Origin: Camelus ferus
Taxonomy: Eukaryota
NCBI RefSeq assembly: GCF_009834535.1
Contig: NC_045697.1
Location: 54,562,001-54,626,000 of the forward strand
Length of the DNA stretch: 64,000 bases
Reading direction: 5' to 3'
Shown here: piece by piece, positions 26,401 to 41,400 of the stretch
Position numbering within the stretch: position 1 is the first letter of the stretch
How the letters are laid out: every line of letters begins with the position of its first letter
Program-made: the position numbers and the translations under genes
The notes under the pieces: generated by a model
The model's input: only the letters and a program-made list of their open reading frames with translations
What the model was told of the DNA's origin: nothing
The model's database searches: none

Positions 26401-29400
26401 ATGAAATGGAAAATAATTGCAAATCTACAAAATATGAAATGTATCCTGAGAATGCAAAAAAATCATCTGGAAACAAAAGGACTGTAAAACAAAAACAGGG
26501 AAGAAAATTTAAGGCCAGTGTAGTTGAAGAACAAGTTGTTATGGAACAGTCTAAAGATAAAAATATAAATAAATCACGTGTTGCTCAAGACAAGTTACAA
26601 AGAAATTCAGACCGAAATACAGAAGAGTGTGGAGAGAGAAATGTTCAAATTTCCCCAAAACAGTTGCTACCTGTGGGTAAGTGTTTATATTAGATAAAGC
26701 TATGAATATTATTCCACCACTTTGTGTTTTTGTAATATTCCTATTTTGCTTTGGGAAGTAGGCAGAGTAAACTTAATTCTATAAAGAGCCTCAAATCCCT
26801 ACAGACTCTTCTCTAGAATCTCTTTATTTTACATTGTAATTCCAATTTACAATTCCAGGTCACTTGATTTTTTTGCGTAGCTTTTAAGATAGCAGCATAT
26901 ATAAGGGGAGAAGTGAAAGGCAAAAGCTTAGTAAACCAGGTAGTTACCAGAACACATCATATGTTCTTGAGGGTTATTAAAATATAAATTGGGAAAAAGT
27001 CTCAGTTGGTGGGGCTAGTTCTTGCAGATGAAAATTCATACTCTTCTATTCCATTATTACTCATTTATCTAATAGTCATTAAATGTCAGGCACTGTAGTA
27101 GCCTGTGAAATTACAAAGATTACTAATGCACATTTTCATCATTCAAAAAGATCAATCTGGTGGGGTCTGTAACAGGACCAGCATATAAATATACATCCAC
27201 AGGATGATAACAGAAGCATGGAGAATAATCATATAATTAATATCTTAATAAATCTTTTTATCTTGGGTTATTATGTCATTTATCATCCCAACTGGGACAC
27301 ATGAGAATAGGGGAGGATGTCAGGACAGTAAGCATAAACTAGGATTGTCCCAGATGTACGTGAAGTATGGCCTCCCTCCTTATGTCATCACTGTATAAGT
27401 GATTGAGGTTTGTAATGATGACACTATCATGAAGAAAAGATCAATTTGTGCTGTTTGTATCACTTTCTAAGTAACAGAGAGAAAAGAGAGTTTTTACAAA
27501 AAGAATCTTCTCCAGAATAGTTAATGGAATATAAAACACTCATTTTGTTTACTTTATTATTACCTTATATGTGTGTAATATAATTTAATCCTTCTTAACA
27601 ATACTATAAGGTAGGAGATAACACTCAAAAGAAATTAAATATTGGTCGAGGATCTGTCCCAACGTAGAGCTCATATTTTTTCAGTTCTATCAAGAAGTTT
27701 TGAAATAAGTGAAAATATTGTTGATTCTCAAATGGAAAAATGTTAGCTAATGGGAAAACTTTCTTGGCCAGAATTATATATTTGCCTGAAGGTTCTAAAT
27801 GACTATACTCTATTGCTAATATAGAGGGGAGAGAGAGTATATTAAAGCACAATACCTAAGCTAGCTTTTATAAAATTAAATTCCTCTTTAATATAGGTTA
27901 TCATTTACTCAGTTATTTTAGCTTTCATTTTATATAGTAACATAGACTTTATATCACCTGAAATAATAATAGTTTTCGCACTCCACATTTTCAGACTTTG
28001 TATGTGTCTTTGTGTGTTTGATAAATTCTACTTAGAATAGAAGGAAAAATGATCTATTTTGTAGTCTTCTTTTGTAAATGTCAGATATGTCCCACATTTT
28101 TTTTTATTAGAATTGTTCTTTTTTCTTTTGCTTTCTTTTTCTTTTTGCTTCATTCTGTTTCTAATTAGCTGTTGGTTATTTTAAGAAGATACAGCATAAA
28201 TAATCTAACTGAATGGAGAATGATAGTTAACATTACAAGAACGCTATTTTCTTACTAGTTCCTTAAGTAGAATATGAATTCACAAAGTTTGAAGGTACAA
28301 AATTTTGGTTTATCCGTAATTTCTTAGGAAAAACATTATATCAAGGAAGTATCTTAAGTTATGAAGTTATATATATTACGTATTAAAGTTATAAAGTCTC
28401 TTAAATTATAAATGTTAAACATTTATTAAGTACCTGCTATATTTTGCACACTAATTTTTGTGTATATTAAAATTTTCTTCATCTAGATTGGTTAGTGAAT
28501 ATAGCATTCTAATTAGTTAACATACCAATTGTATTAATTTTCTTTTGCTGTCTTAACAACTTACTACATACTCAGTGACTTAAAACAACACACATTTATT
28601 ATCTTATATTTCCGTGAGTCAGGAGTCTTAAATGGATCTTACTGGGTTAAAATCAAGGTGTTGACAAGGTTTTTGTTCCTTTTAGGAGAGAATCTGTTTC
28701 CCTGCTTTTTCCAGCTTCTTGAAGTCACCTATGTTCCTTAAATCCTGGTTCCCCTCAAAACCAGCAGTGCCAGCCTTCTCTCATCTTTCAAATTTCTCCT
28801 GCCTCTTTTTCCGTCATCCTATCTCTCTCCCTCTGACCACAGCTTTTAGGGACACATGTAATTGTATTGGGCCATCCTGGATAATCCAGGATAATCTCCC
28901 TGTTTTAAGGGTTATAGCCTTAATCATATCTCTGAAGTCTCTTCCCATCTAAGATAGTATTTTCACATATTTTGTGATTAGGGTGAATACATCTTTGGGG
29001 GGCCATTACTGACAACGGTATCAGTTGTCAAAGACTAAAGATGGAGATAAGTTAATTTCAAAGAAATTTTTTTACTCTGAAGATAATTTTCCTTTAATTA
29101 ACAGGGCACTTGACATACTTGTAATGCCTAAACTGATGACTTAGATTGAGCAAATAGACTTTTCCACTTTTGTTGTCTCACAGACTTCTCAAACTGATCA
29201 TATTGGAAACTAAATTCCTCCAAACTTGTTCCTCCTCTAGTTTTCAGTATCTTCATAAATGGAGCCATAATGAATCTATTAGCTCAAGAAAGAAATCTAA
29301 TTCATCCTTAACTCCTGTTTCCTTTACCTAGCAACCCATATAAAATCAATAAGTCTTTTGACTTCTCCCTAAGTAGCTTTCAAATATATTACTTTTCTCC

Positions 29401-32400
29401 ATTCCTCCTTAGCCAACTATAGAGTAATTTATTTCTTGGATTATTGTAGCAGTTTATGCACATACCCTCTTACTTTTGTCTCCCTCTGCAGATGTATCTT
29501 CTGGGTTGCTTTGTAATGAATTTTTTCCAGTTCCATAAACAGACCACTTTCTCAACTGTGGGCCTTTTAATATGCACTTCCTTTTGCTTAGAAAATTTTT
29601 CCTAAATTCCCTGGGTTCCCTACCAAGCTTTATACTCAGTATAAATAGCACTTTTCTTGATTAATATCCCTCAACCCTGTATGTTCCTGTGTATGCTTCA
29701 ATAGCACTTTTCATTTTACCATATAATTACTTGCTGAATATGTCTTGTATTCTAGAGTCTAGACTGAAATCTGTATGAGAATAGGGACTGTATCTATGCT
29801 ATTCCTAAAGTAGTCCCCAGATCTTAGCCTTAGTAGTTTTGTGGGTCACTAAAATATATTATCAACAGTGACAGAAGTATTACTCTATTTTTGATAAATA
29901 CTTTTTTGTGTTTATTAAAACATGCCTCATCTTCAGAATCCTACTCCTTTACATGTAAATACACAAAATTTTCTACAGTAATCACTTATTTTTTTTTCTA
30001 ACTATTGCCGTGCTTATGACATATATCCCCTCAGTTTTAACTCTCTTCACATAACCAGCTGTTTCATGTATCAGTTTTGTCTTCTATATATGTTCCTGTT
30101 TATTAGTTTTCTAAGTTCATTGTCATTCAGTTTCTAACCTTTCCTGATCTAGAACTAGATTCTGAAATGGTGTTCTTAATTGTTCTGTTTTTCACTTTGT
30201 ATGATTTTTTTTTTCTGTAACATGGTCCAAATCTTTGATAATAGCATTTTTCCCTTGAATTCTTTTGCCCTAAATCATTGTTCAGATTGTTTTTTTTCTG
30301 TTTTTTTTTTTTAAATCGATTCATGAACATGGATAGTAATCTCTGTCATCCTGAGTCCCTTTCATTTGTTAGAGCAGTTTCTGAGGATATTTTTGACAAA
30401 CATAAGGGAAGAAAAAAAGGGAACAAACAGAAGAAAAGGAGTTGGAGAAGAGAGATGAGGGTGGAGATGTAGGGGGCAGAAAAATGCTACTTGTCAGTGA
30501 AGATTCTTGCTGTTGTACAGGTACTTACTTAAACTACTGCTCAGTGGCAGACACGTTCAAAGTTCTTATCCTTGCTTTAGTGTTTTATAAATTTGACTCT
30601 TTATTATTTTCTATATCCATTCCCTAAAAGATCTTACTTACTGTCAGATTTATGCTTTGTGGTGACTATTTAAGTGTCTCCCATTCTCACCACTTCCAAA
30701 ATATTGGTTGATACTGTTATTAAGCACAATATTGGTAAAGTAGATTATATTCTCTTTTTCTCAAGATTTTTGTACCTGGCTCAGTATAATTAAGGCTAAT
30801 ATTCTTCTTTTACTCTTTTTATCAGCATGAATCAGTTCTCTTTGTCCCAAATTTTAAGTATTGACAAATCCTATAACTTATTCTCAAAATAGAGTCAGAG
30901 AGTGATACTGCTTTATGGGATCTTGACAGAATTTGCTTCATTTCATTCTCTGTCCCTTTACTCCCCAATCAAATTTAACTGGGAGAATGACTAAGCACTT
31001 AGAACAGTACTTTTCATACTTGCATGTGCTTTTGGATTCTCTCGAGAGTCTTGTTAAAATACTGATAAATAAGTTGATTAAGTATGTCTGGAGTGAGATC
31101 CAAAATCTGTATTTCTAAACATTCTATCCCAGGTGATGCTGATATAACTGGTTTGTGAACCACATTTTGGGTGTCACAATTTAGATGAGCATCTAAAATA
31201 GCTTATGCTAGGTAGCAATTTTGCTGTTATCATTGCCTAGTGAAATACAGGCTTCACCCTAAATTCATTATTTTGATGACTTTTTATTGTGCACCATACA
31301 CAATATTATATGCTGTAGGTAATAAAGATGACTAAGGTGCAGTTTTCATTCTAGCCTAATTAAACACTGGTTAATACATGATGCTGTAATATTCTGGTTC
31401 TCTGCCATGTTTCTTTGTTTGATTTACTTTTGTGTCTTCTTGATTACTTTTCCTCATTTCATCTATAAATTTTGGTGACTATCTCCATATTCCCCAAGTT
31501 GATTTTCTGTCTGGATGATCTATCCATTGATTTAAATGGGATGCAAAGTTCCCTATATTGCTGTTACTGTCAGTTTCTCCCTTTATATCCATTAATATTT
31601 GCTTTACATATTTAGGTGCACCTGTGTTGGATGCATATATATTTACAGTTGGTATGTCTTCTTGGATTGACCTCTTGATCATTATATAATGTTCTTTGTT
31701 TCTTGTTATAGTTTTTGTTTTAGAGTCTATTTTGTCTGAAATAAGTATTGCTACCCCAGCTTTCTTTTGATTTCCATTTGCATGGAATACCTTTTTTCTG
31801 TCCCCTCACTTTCAGTCTGTGTCTGTCTTTAGATCTGAAGTGTGAGTCTCTTGTAGGTAGCATCTGCATGGGTCTTGTTTTTGTATCTATTTAGTAACTC
31901 TGTTTCTTTTGATTGGAGCATTTAATTCATTTACATTTAGAGTAATTATTGATAGTATTTACTTACTGCATTTTGTTAATTTTTTTTTTTTTTTGGCTTG
32001 TTTTAGTAGATATTTTATGTTCCTTCTTTTGTCTTCCCTTGTGATTTGATGCCTATCTTTAGTGTTATGTTTGGATTCTTTTCTCCTTTTTGTGTGTGTA
32101 CCTGTTATGGATTTTTGGCTTGTGGTTAACATGAGGTTTATGTATAGCAATCTCCCTCTCTCCCTCTCTCTCTGTACACACATACACACACACAGTATTT
32201 TAAGTTACTGATCTCTTAAGTTTGAATGCATCTTAACAGCAGATCATTTTCACTCCCCCTTCACCATATTTAAAAATTTTTGACATCATGTGTACAGTAT
32301 TTATACCTTAACTACTTGAGGATGTAGATAATTTACTACTTTTGTCTTTTAACCTTTCTACTACTATTATGAGTGGTTGATCTAGTATCTTTACTGTATA

Positions 32401-35400
32401 TTTGCCTTTATCAATGAGATTTTTCCCTTCATAATTTTTATATTCCTAATTGTGGTCTTTTCTACTTAGAGAAGTCTCTTTAACACTTGTTGTGAAGTTG
32501 ATTTCATGGTGCTGAACTCTTAGCTTTTGCTTGTCTATAAAACTCATTCAAATCTGAATGATAGCCTTGCTGGATAGAATCTTGGTTGTAGCTTTAAATG
32601 TATTCTGCTACTCCCTTTTTGCCTGCAGAATTTCTGCTGAAAAGTCAGCTGATAGCCTTATGGAAGTTCCCTTGTATGTAACTAGTTGCTTTTCCCTTAC
32701 AGTTCACTGATCCATTCCTTTGTAGCATCTAATCTACTGTTGATTCCTTTTAACATATTTTTTATTTTAGTTATTGTATTCTTCAGTTCTGGTCCTTCTT
32801 TATATTTTTAAGTCTTTGTTAGAAACTTCTAATTTCTCAGTGTGTTCATTCATTCATCTTAGTTCTTTGAGCATCTTTATTAAGATCATTATCTTCAACT
32901 CTTTTTGGGTAGATTGCTTATCACCACTTCAGTTAATTTTTCTAAGGTTTTGTCTTGTTCCTTTGTTTAGAACATATTCCTCTGTCACCTCATTTTGTTA
33001 ATTCTCTTTTTATTTCTGTGTTTTTGGTAGGTTGGTTACGTTTCCGATCTTGGATTAGTGGCTTTCTATAGGAGGTGTCCAATGCACTCCCCTCTGGTCA
33101 CCAGATCTGTATGCTCTAACGATACCCTCTTTGGGTTGAGTTGGCCCTTGTGTTGTGGTGACTGACTACTGTGGGTGCACTGGTAGGCATGACTTGCCCC
33201 AAGTCTCATTGGTTGTCTGGTCCTGCCTAGTATGGAGGCTGCTGGCTGCTGATGGGCGGGGCCAGGTCCTGGTATGGCTGACTGTAATGCTGGGGGTTTT
33301 GGAGCTAGTGTTGGCCTGCTGGTGGGCAAGGCTGTGACCTGGGGGGTCAGGGGTGGCCCTGGGGCTGGTGTTGATTTGCTGGTAGGCAGGGCTGGTTTCT
33401 GTTATTGGTGGCTGTGGGGTCCAGGGTATCCTGGAGCTTGTGTTGTTTCACTGTCTGGCAGAGCTGGCTTCCTTGCGTTTCTGGCTGTGGGGTCCCAGGA
33501 TTCCTGGAGCCGGTGTCAGCCTGATGGTGGGCAGGGCTGAGTCCCAGTGGCTGACTGTGGGGTCCAAGAGATCCAGGGGCTAGTGCTGGCCCACTGGTGA
33601 GTGGGGCTGTGTCCCCACTAGGCTAGCTTCTTGTCCTGGGGCATCCCAGGACTGGTGCCAACCAGCTAGTGAGAGGAGCCGAGACCTGGCACTAATAAGC
33701 TAGAGGGAGGATTCCGAAATCGTGCTTGCCACCACCAGTGTTCTTCTGGAAGAACAACTCCCCAGAATGGCTGCAACTGGCGTCTGTGTCCCCAGGGTAA
33801 GCTCCAGTTGCCTCCTGCCTCTGTGGGAGGCTCTCCAAGATCAGCACGTGGGTATGACCCAGGCTCCTTTCAAGTTACTGCGTCTGCTCTGGGTCTTGGA
33901 GCATTTGAGATTTTGCCGATTTAATTACAATGCCTTTGCTTGTTAAGAGTGGAGTCTCTATTTCCTATAGCCCTCTGATTCTCCTGAAAGTAAGCCTGCT
34001 GGCCTTCAAAGCCATACATTCTAGGGACTTGCCTTCCTGGTGGAGAAAACTCAGACTGGGGAGCCCAGTGTTGGGCTTGGACCCCTAGTTCTCTGGGGAG
34101 AATTATACAATTGTAATTATCCTTCTATTTGTGAGTTGCCCAGCGTGGGTCTTGACTATCCCTCACTTCTGCCCCTCCTACCTGTCTTGTGGTTCCTTCT
34201 TGATATCTTTAGTTGTAGAAGGTCTTTTCGGCTAGTCTTCACATCATTCTTATCAATAGTTGCTCTGTAAAGAGTTATAATTTTAGTGTGCCTGTGGGAG
34301 GAAGTGAGCTCAGGGTCTTCCTTCTCTGCCATCTTGGCCATTCCCCCTGGTCTGACATACTTTCATGCAGTTTATTTACTCTATGAAAGTTTCCTACTTG
34401 ATATGATTTTAATTCCTTGTTTGGATATCATAGAAATCTTTGGTCAGGAACTTAAAAATTCTGGTCAAAAAAATTTTCATTATGCCTGCTAACATCTAAT
34501 GTTTTCATTTTCTTTCTGAAAAAAAGAAATTTTCAATTTTTAAACTCATTTTGGTGGTTGTACCCTTTTTAGATGCAATAATTAAAGTAGTCTGTATTTC
34601 CCTGATATCCCCTTCTTCTGGTTTTCAGTCACAAAAACAAAACTAGAATTTATCTGTTCCTTTTTAGATCTTTTCTTACCTACCTGCCTTTGTAGTAAGA
34701 GGAAATCATTCTTGATGCTAAACTTTTTCATTAGCCATTTATTGCTTGCTACATTCGTTGTTTTCCAAATCCCATTTCCTCTTTAAATTCTGTTCAAAGA
34801 AACAGTCTCTTTCCTTCATATGGGAAAGGTCTCTTCATTGAAAACTTACTTAAGGCTTCTCTTCTATAAATTAGATTGACAAAAATCATGAATTATTTCA
34901 CAGCAGAAAAGCGGTAGTTACCTTTTTTTTTTTTCAACACAGGTCATTGGTAAGTAGTGGAAGGGCCCATATATTTCATTTTACCTTTTCAGAGTATACT
35001 GCTTTTTTTTTGACTCAAGAGTATATGCTAGCTATGAAGCAATGTGAAAAGTTTGCATTTAACTGATAGAAAGTTGTAGATCTTACTGAGAAGATGTGAC
35101 TTTAAAAAAAGATAGAGATGAAAACAGGATAAACTTAAGAAGTTCCTATAATCAAGTGTTTTTTAACTGTTGTGGTTTTCTGAGTATTCTTTGGTTCAGT
35201 AGACTTCGAATTATTTTATGATTTTCTTTGTTTTAGGAAGCAAGAAAGGTAACACCAGTGTTCCTCATACAGAGAATCAGAAAAAAGATAAGGAATGCAA
35301 AAAGAAGTGTTTTTCAGGTGGGTCCAAGAAGAACAAAATTGCACCTGAAGAAGTTACTTCAACTGTCACAAGAAGTCGAAGAATTTCCAGGCGTCCATCT

Positions 35401-38400
35401 AATTGGTGGGTGGTAAAATCAGAGCAGAGTAAGTATTTTTATTTAAATTATGTTTATTTATAACAGGCTGTTTGATTTATACCCTTATTCTCTTAAGAAA
35501 AATCTAGTGAGGAAAAAATTAAATTGGGTCATCAATAGAAATAACTAATTAATTATAAAGATATTCATGAGGTTGGATCATATACAGTATTTTAGATAGA
35601 GGGATACAGCTGTAGAAAAACAAAACCAAAAGTGAAAAACCCCTGCTCTCATAGGCTTATATTCTACTGGAGGAAGACCAACAATATAGATATATAATTC
35701 ACCTGGTGATGGGTCATTAAAAAAATAAAGCAGCTAAGAATTAGAAATGGGAAGTAAATGGCAAGGGTAGGAGTAGATAGGAGAATGGAGCAGAAGACTG
35801 TTTTTATAAGAGGTAGCAATGAGAGTTGATTAGGATCTTTCAGAGCACGTATATGAATAAAGTGAAGGAGGGAGCCATATAAATAATTTGGTGTGGAGCA
35901 TTCCATACCAAGGGAACAGTATTTGTAAAAGTACTGATGGACCATGCTTGGCGTGTTTGAGGAATGTCAAGATCAATATGGCTGAAGAAGAGAGCAAGCC
36001 TGGGAGATGAAGTCAGAAAAGCAGGCTGTGATAAACAGTTTAGATGAAGTATATTGGAAAGCTACTAGAGGATTTTAAGCAATAAAAGTGACCTAATTGA
36101 CTCATCTTTTAGAAGGATTATTTTTACTGCAATGTAGGGAGAGAAGTAGGGCTGGACAAAAATGGGAACATGGAGAATAGTTGGGAGATGGTTGGAGGGA
36201 AGAGAATGGAAATGGTTGGATTCAGGATTTTTTTGAAGGTAACTCACAGGAAGTACTGATGAATTAGAGTGAGAGCTGGAGTCTAGGATGATTCAGATTT
36301 TTTTTGCTAAACTAGAAGAATGGATATACTGTTTGCTGAGATGAGTAAAGGTATGAGAGAAGCAGATTTGGGAAGGATATCAAGATTTCTGGTTGTGATA
36401 TGTTAATTAGATATCAAAATAGATATATTGAGGAGATAGCTTGATAAATGAGTCTATAAAGTTGCGGTGACATATCTGGGAGGACATAATTAGGGATTTA
36501 TCAATATGTAGATGATATTTAAAACTTTGGGACTGCTTAAAATCACCTAGTAGTAGACTGTACCTAGAGAAGAAGGAAAGCCAAGAATTGAGTCCTGGAA
36601 GACTCCAGTGTTAAGAGTAGGGAGGAGAAAGGGAGGTCCATCAGAAGAGACTGAAAAGGAGAGTTAGTGAAACAAAAGGAAAATGAGGAGAACTAAGCAT
36701 TACAGAAGTGAAGTAATAAAAGCATTTTAAGGAGTGGAAGATAAACTATTTTAAATACTGCTCATGGCCTCAATTAGATGAGAGCTAAGAATTGACAGTA
36801 TGGTTTTTGGCGACATGGAGGTTGTTGGTCCCCTTGATAAAAATGCTTTCTGTGGAATGATGAGATCAAAAGCCTGACTGGAATGGGTTCAAGAGGGTGT
36901 AATAAGTGAGATAAGAGAGAGAGTAAGATAAAGGGGCATGGCAGATACGGGGTTGAGGGAAGGTCTCCCTCTCCTTTTTAATATACAAGATGCTACATCA
37001 GTTTATCTGCTCGTTAAAATGACCTTATAGAAAGGTAGAGGATAAATACAGGATCAGTCCTTGTGTAGGCAAGGAGAGGGATGTGATCTAGTGCATAGTA
37101 AACGGGTTAGCCCTAGATAGGAGCAAGGACATCATGTCATGTAAAAGAGGAAAGACAGAGTGCACGGTGACACTTGGAAGTAGATAGATAGAGTTGATGG
37201 TGGGACGATGAATGTTGAGGGGCGGAAATATTGGATAGTATCTTCCAAATTGAGAAGGAACTTTGAGACTGAAAAATGAACCAGGCAACTCCCTAAAGTG
37301 CAATTATGAAGTTTATTTTGGGTAACTTATATACAGGCAGAATCAGATGGACGATGATCCAGAGGCACTCATAGCTCACTGTGTGCAGCCAGAAGGGGTA
37401 CTAGGGAATTTATAGGGACCAAAGCTGAAAATAACATCTGACTACTAGGGAGAAGAAGCATGTTGGCACTGGCAGGAACCAGGGTTTTTTTTCTCCCCTC
37501 CACGAGTCTCATAACCATTAACCATCTGTGTCAACAGAAGTTGTTCTTCCAATTTTCATGTAAGGTGAAGGCAGGGATAAAAGTTGATAGGGAACTTATC
37601 TGGCTTGGGCTCATTCGTTGTGAGTAGGCTAAATCTCAGTCACATAGAAAGGGGACAGGTAGGGCTGCAGGGACCAAGATAGAGCTGACAAAATGAAGTC
37701 AGTGTGGCTCAGCCACACAACGAAAATGTTCCCTTCTGACCATTATTGTTTTCTCAGTGAAATAGTAAGAAGGGACATCAGGTCAAAGTGAAGTGAGAAA
37801 GGTGATGACAGAAGTTTGAAGTTACGTTATAGCAAAAAGATATAAACCAAAATCAGCAGAGAAAGACTGCATGGGCAAAGTGTGAAGAAAATCATGTGTA
37901 AGCTTCCAAGAGCCCTCTCCCAGCAGATTCATACGGGAGGCACTTAGTTCCTCTAGCAGTGAGTTTTGACAAATGTGTAAAATGTTGTCTATCAGGGAAG
38001 CTCATTAGAAGTTTAGTGCCCAAGATTTTTATTGGGGATGATCATCTAGGCACCCTCTGCCTAGCAAGTACTGAAATTCCAGACTCCCTGAAGAAAAGCA
38101 AGTATTTGTCATAAACTGTATTTTTTGTACAAGCAGTTAGGCACACTAAACCACACTTAGCAGTTAGGAAACGATAGGAACCCTCCTAAAATTCAAGTTC
38201 CTACATGCTAGCCAAGGGCTAACTTTACAAGCAGGCCTTTCAGTGGATAGCATTCTTAGGCCTGCTGTGCCAAGTCTTTTCTGTATAATATGAAATATTT
38301 ATTATTTAGGAAGTATTTTTAAAGGAGATGATAATGGAAAGATTGGTATATAGTAAGATAGTATTTAGATCAGCAAGTGAGAGACTAGTGTATATATGGC

Positions 38401-41400
38401 ACTGCATCTGTGAGGCATTGTTGCTATAAATTATCAAATCGTAGTCAAGTAAGAAATATTTATTCTGTTGCAGCTCTTGGATTTTATTATTTATTTATTT
38501 ATTCATTCACTTATTTAAACTTTTTTTATTGAGTTAATGTCATTTTACAATGTTGTGTCAAATTCCAGTGTAGAGCACGATTATTCAGTTATACATGAAC
38601 ATACATACCTTCATTGTCACATTCTCTTTTGCTGTGAGCCACCACAAGATCCTGTATATATTTCCCTGTGCTACACAGTACAATCTTGTTTATCTATTCT
38701 ACATTTTGAAATCCCAGTCTGTCCCTTCCCACCCCCACAGCTCTTGGATTTTAGAGTTAAATCTGAGTTCAAATTATGATTCCTCCACTTTGAGTAGATT
38801 ATTTTGTTCAGGTGCTTACTCTGTAAAATGTGATTACCAATACTTATACCTCATTAAGTTGTTGTAAGGATTAAATGGCGTATTTTTAGTATTAAAATAT
38901 TAACTACTACTGTTACTGCTACTTATCTTTTTGCCTCAGGTTGCTGGAAACTGTACTGTGGTAAATGAGTGTGTAAATATATGGATAAATAAAAATCTTA
39001 CAGAGCTTCTATATGCATGCTAGAACTCCAAAACTTACCAGAGAAGATCTGAAAAATATATCAGTCCTGAAACATGTTGGGTTTCTGATCAAATAGGGAG
39101 TCACACAAGTGGAGGAATGCTTATAGATCACCTAGTCCAAACTCCTTCATCTGATGGAAGAAGTCTGAAGCCCAGAAAAGAAACCTGAGTTCCCCCTAAG
39201 GTCATAGACCTTTGTGCTAGAATTAGAAAACAATAGAACCTAGATTTCTTGATTATTGATCTATGTGATCCTGCTGCTTTTTTATTTATGTCGAGAACTG
39301 AATGCTCACTGTGAGGCAGGAATGGTTTTAGGCTGGGCCAGGACTAGATGAGGCAAGTGAATAACCTAGAATGGGAAGTTTAAGGAGGCACTTGGTCTTA
39401 GGGTTGTGTGAGTGACTCAGAGTAAATACCTTAAATTTTCCACCCTAGTTAGAATTTATATTTTTTCATTATGAGAACTTTTAATATGTACCCTCTGAAT
39501 GTAGAGGAAAGGAAACTCTCCTACGTTGTTAGTGGGGATGTAATTTGGTGTAGCCACTGGGGAAAGCAGTATGGAGATTCCTTAAAAAACTAAAAATAGA
39601 GTTACCATATGATCCAGCAGTCCCACTCCTGGGCATATAAAGAAGTTGTGGTATAAAGAGGTTGTAGTATAGTACATATAATGGAGTACTATTCAGCAAT
39701 AAAAAGAATGAAATAATACCATTTGCAGCAATATGGGTGGACCTAGAGATTATAATACTAAGTGAAGTAGGACAGACAGGGAAAGACAAATATATGTTAT
39801 CACTTATATGTGGAATCTAAAAAATAATATAAATGAATCTATTTACAAAACAGAAATGTTCTCACAGATGTAGAAAATAAACATGGCTACCAAAAGGGAA
39901 AGAGAGGTGGGGAAGTATAAATTAGGAGTATGGGATTTGTAAATACTAACTACTACACATAAAGTAGATAAACAGCAAGGTCCTGTGTATAGCACAGGGA
40001 ACTACAGTCAATAGCTTGTAATAACCTATTATGAAAAGAATATGAAAAAGAGTATATCTGTAAACTCAATCATTATGCTGTACGCCAGAAACTAATACAA
40101 CATTGTAAATCAATTATGCGTCAATAAAAAGGGATATACTTTCTGATAATAATTTTGCACTGTACAGCATATTACTGTGTTTTACCCCTTATACTTGTAC
40201 AGTGTTACATGTGAGTTATATATCAGTAAAACTGAGAAAAAAAAATTTTTCCAAGCTAGGCTACTCTTGCTTCACCACGGTCCTGCCCCTGGTGTTAGGC
40301 ACTGGGAATATAAAGATAGGTAAAAACACCAATCTTGGTCTTAAGAAATTGTCAGTCTGCTGGAAGAGAGCGATGAGTAAAACAATCAGATGTATAATAA
40401 ACATTATAAAGGAATTGAGAGAGAGCTACTCAATTTAGCCTTGGGAATTAGAGAAAGCTTCCTGAACGATGAATTAAGAGTAACCTAAGTGATTGGATGT
40501 GGTGAGGGAAAGGATGGAATATTTCAAGCAGAAGTAGCATGTGCAGAGATCTGTAGCTGAGGGCTTGACCTTTTAAAAATTGTTTCATCAGAATTATCTG
40601 GGGGAATTGTTAAAACACAAATTACAGGACCCTACTCTGAGAATTCTGATTTAGTAAGTCTGAGGTAAGGCCTGAGAAGTTTCATTTCAAACAAATTCAC
40701 AGGTGTTGCTGATTTGCTGCTCTAGGGACTACTGGACTACCTTTTAAGACCAGTGCTTAAGAGAAATGCAGATAATTCAGTACTCCTGCCTTTTTTTGGT
40801 TTGTTTGTTTGGAGGAGAGTGTTGAGTGTTGTGGTTAACATAATAAGCACTCCAGATGTAGTAATAAATTAGTATCGAAAATATTTAGACTTAATCCTTA
40901 AGCTATAGGTAATCACTAAAAGATTCTAACCAGGGTTGTAATGATCCAACTTCTGTTTTCCAAGGATGATTCTTGAAACACTGTGAAGGGATGGATTGAA
41001 AAATGGCAAGGCTGGAGAAAGGAGATTAGTTAAGAGGCTGTTTTAATGATCCAGATAAGAAATGATTTGAAAGACCCTGCTAAAGACAGATAGCAGAGCT
41101 TAAAAGAAGAGGATTTGAGAGACATTAAAAGAAAGTAGAATTTAGGAATTGCTTATGAATAGGGTCAGGATTTTTGGATGACTCAGATTTCTAGTTTAGG
41201 CATCTGGGTAAATAGTTGTTTCACTGATAAAAACAAAATCGGAGGGGTAGATTTGGGGGAGAGTAGTCGGTGAATATTATAGTTATCAGCATGTACATAG
41301 TAATTAAAGTTATGGGTAGATAGGTCTCTCAGAGAGAGTACATGGAGTGAGAAGATGAAGCTAGGACGTTGGCGGAAATACCAGGATCTTAAGGATGGCT

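Noticed and set aside
33066..34492. Cluster of short ORFs in a GC-rich block (possible second gene or promoter)
   Set aside because: Lies within the L1 5' UTR, is CpG-depleted, and shows no exon-like protein similarity.
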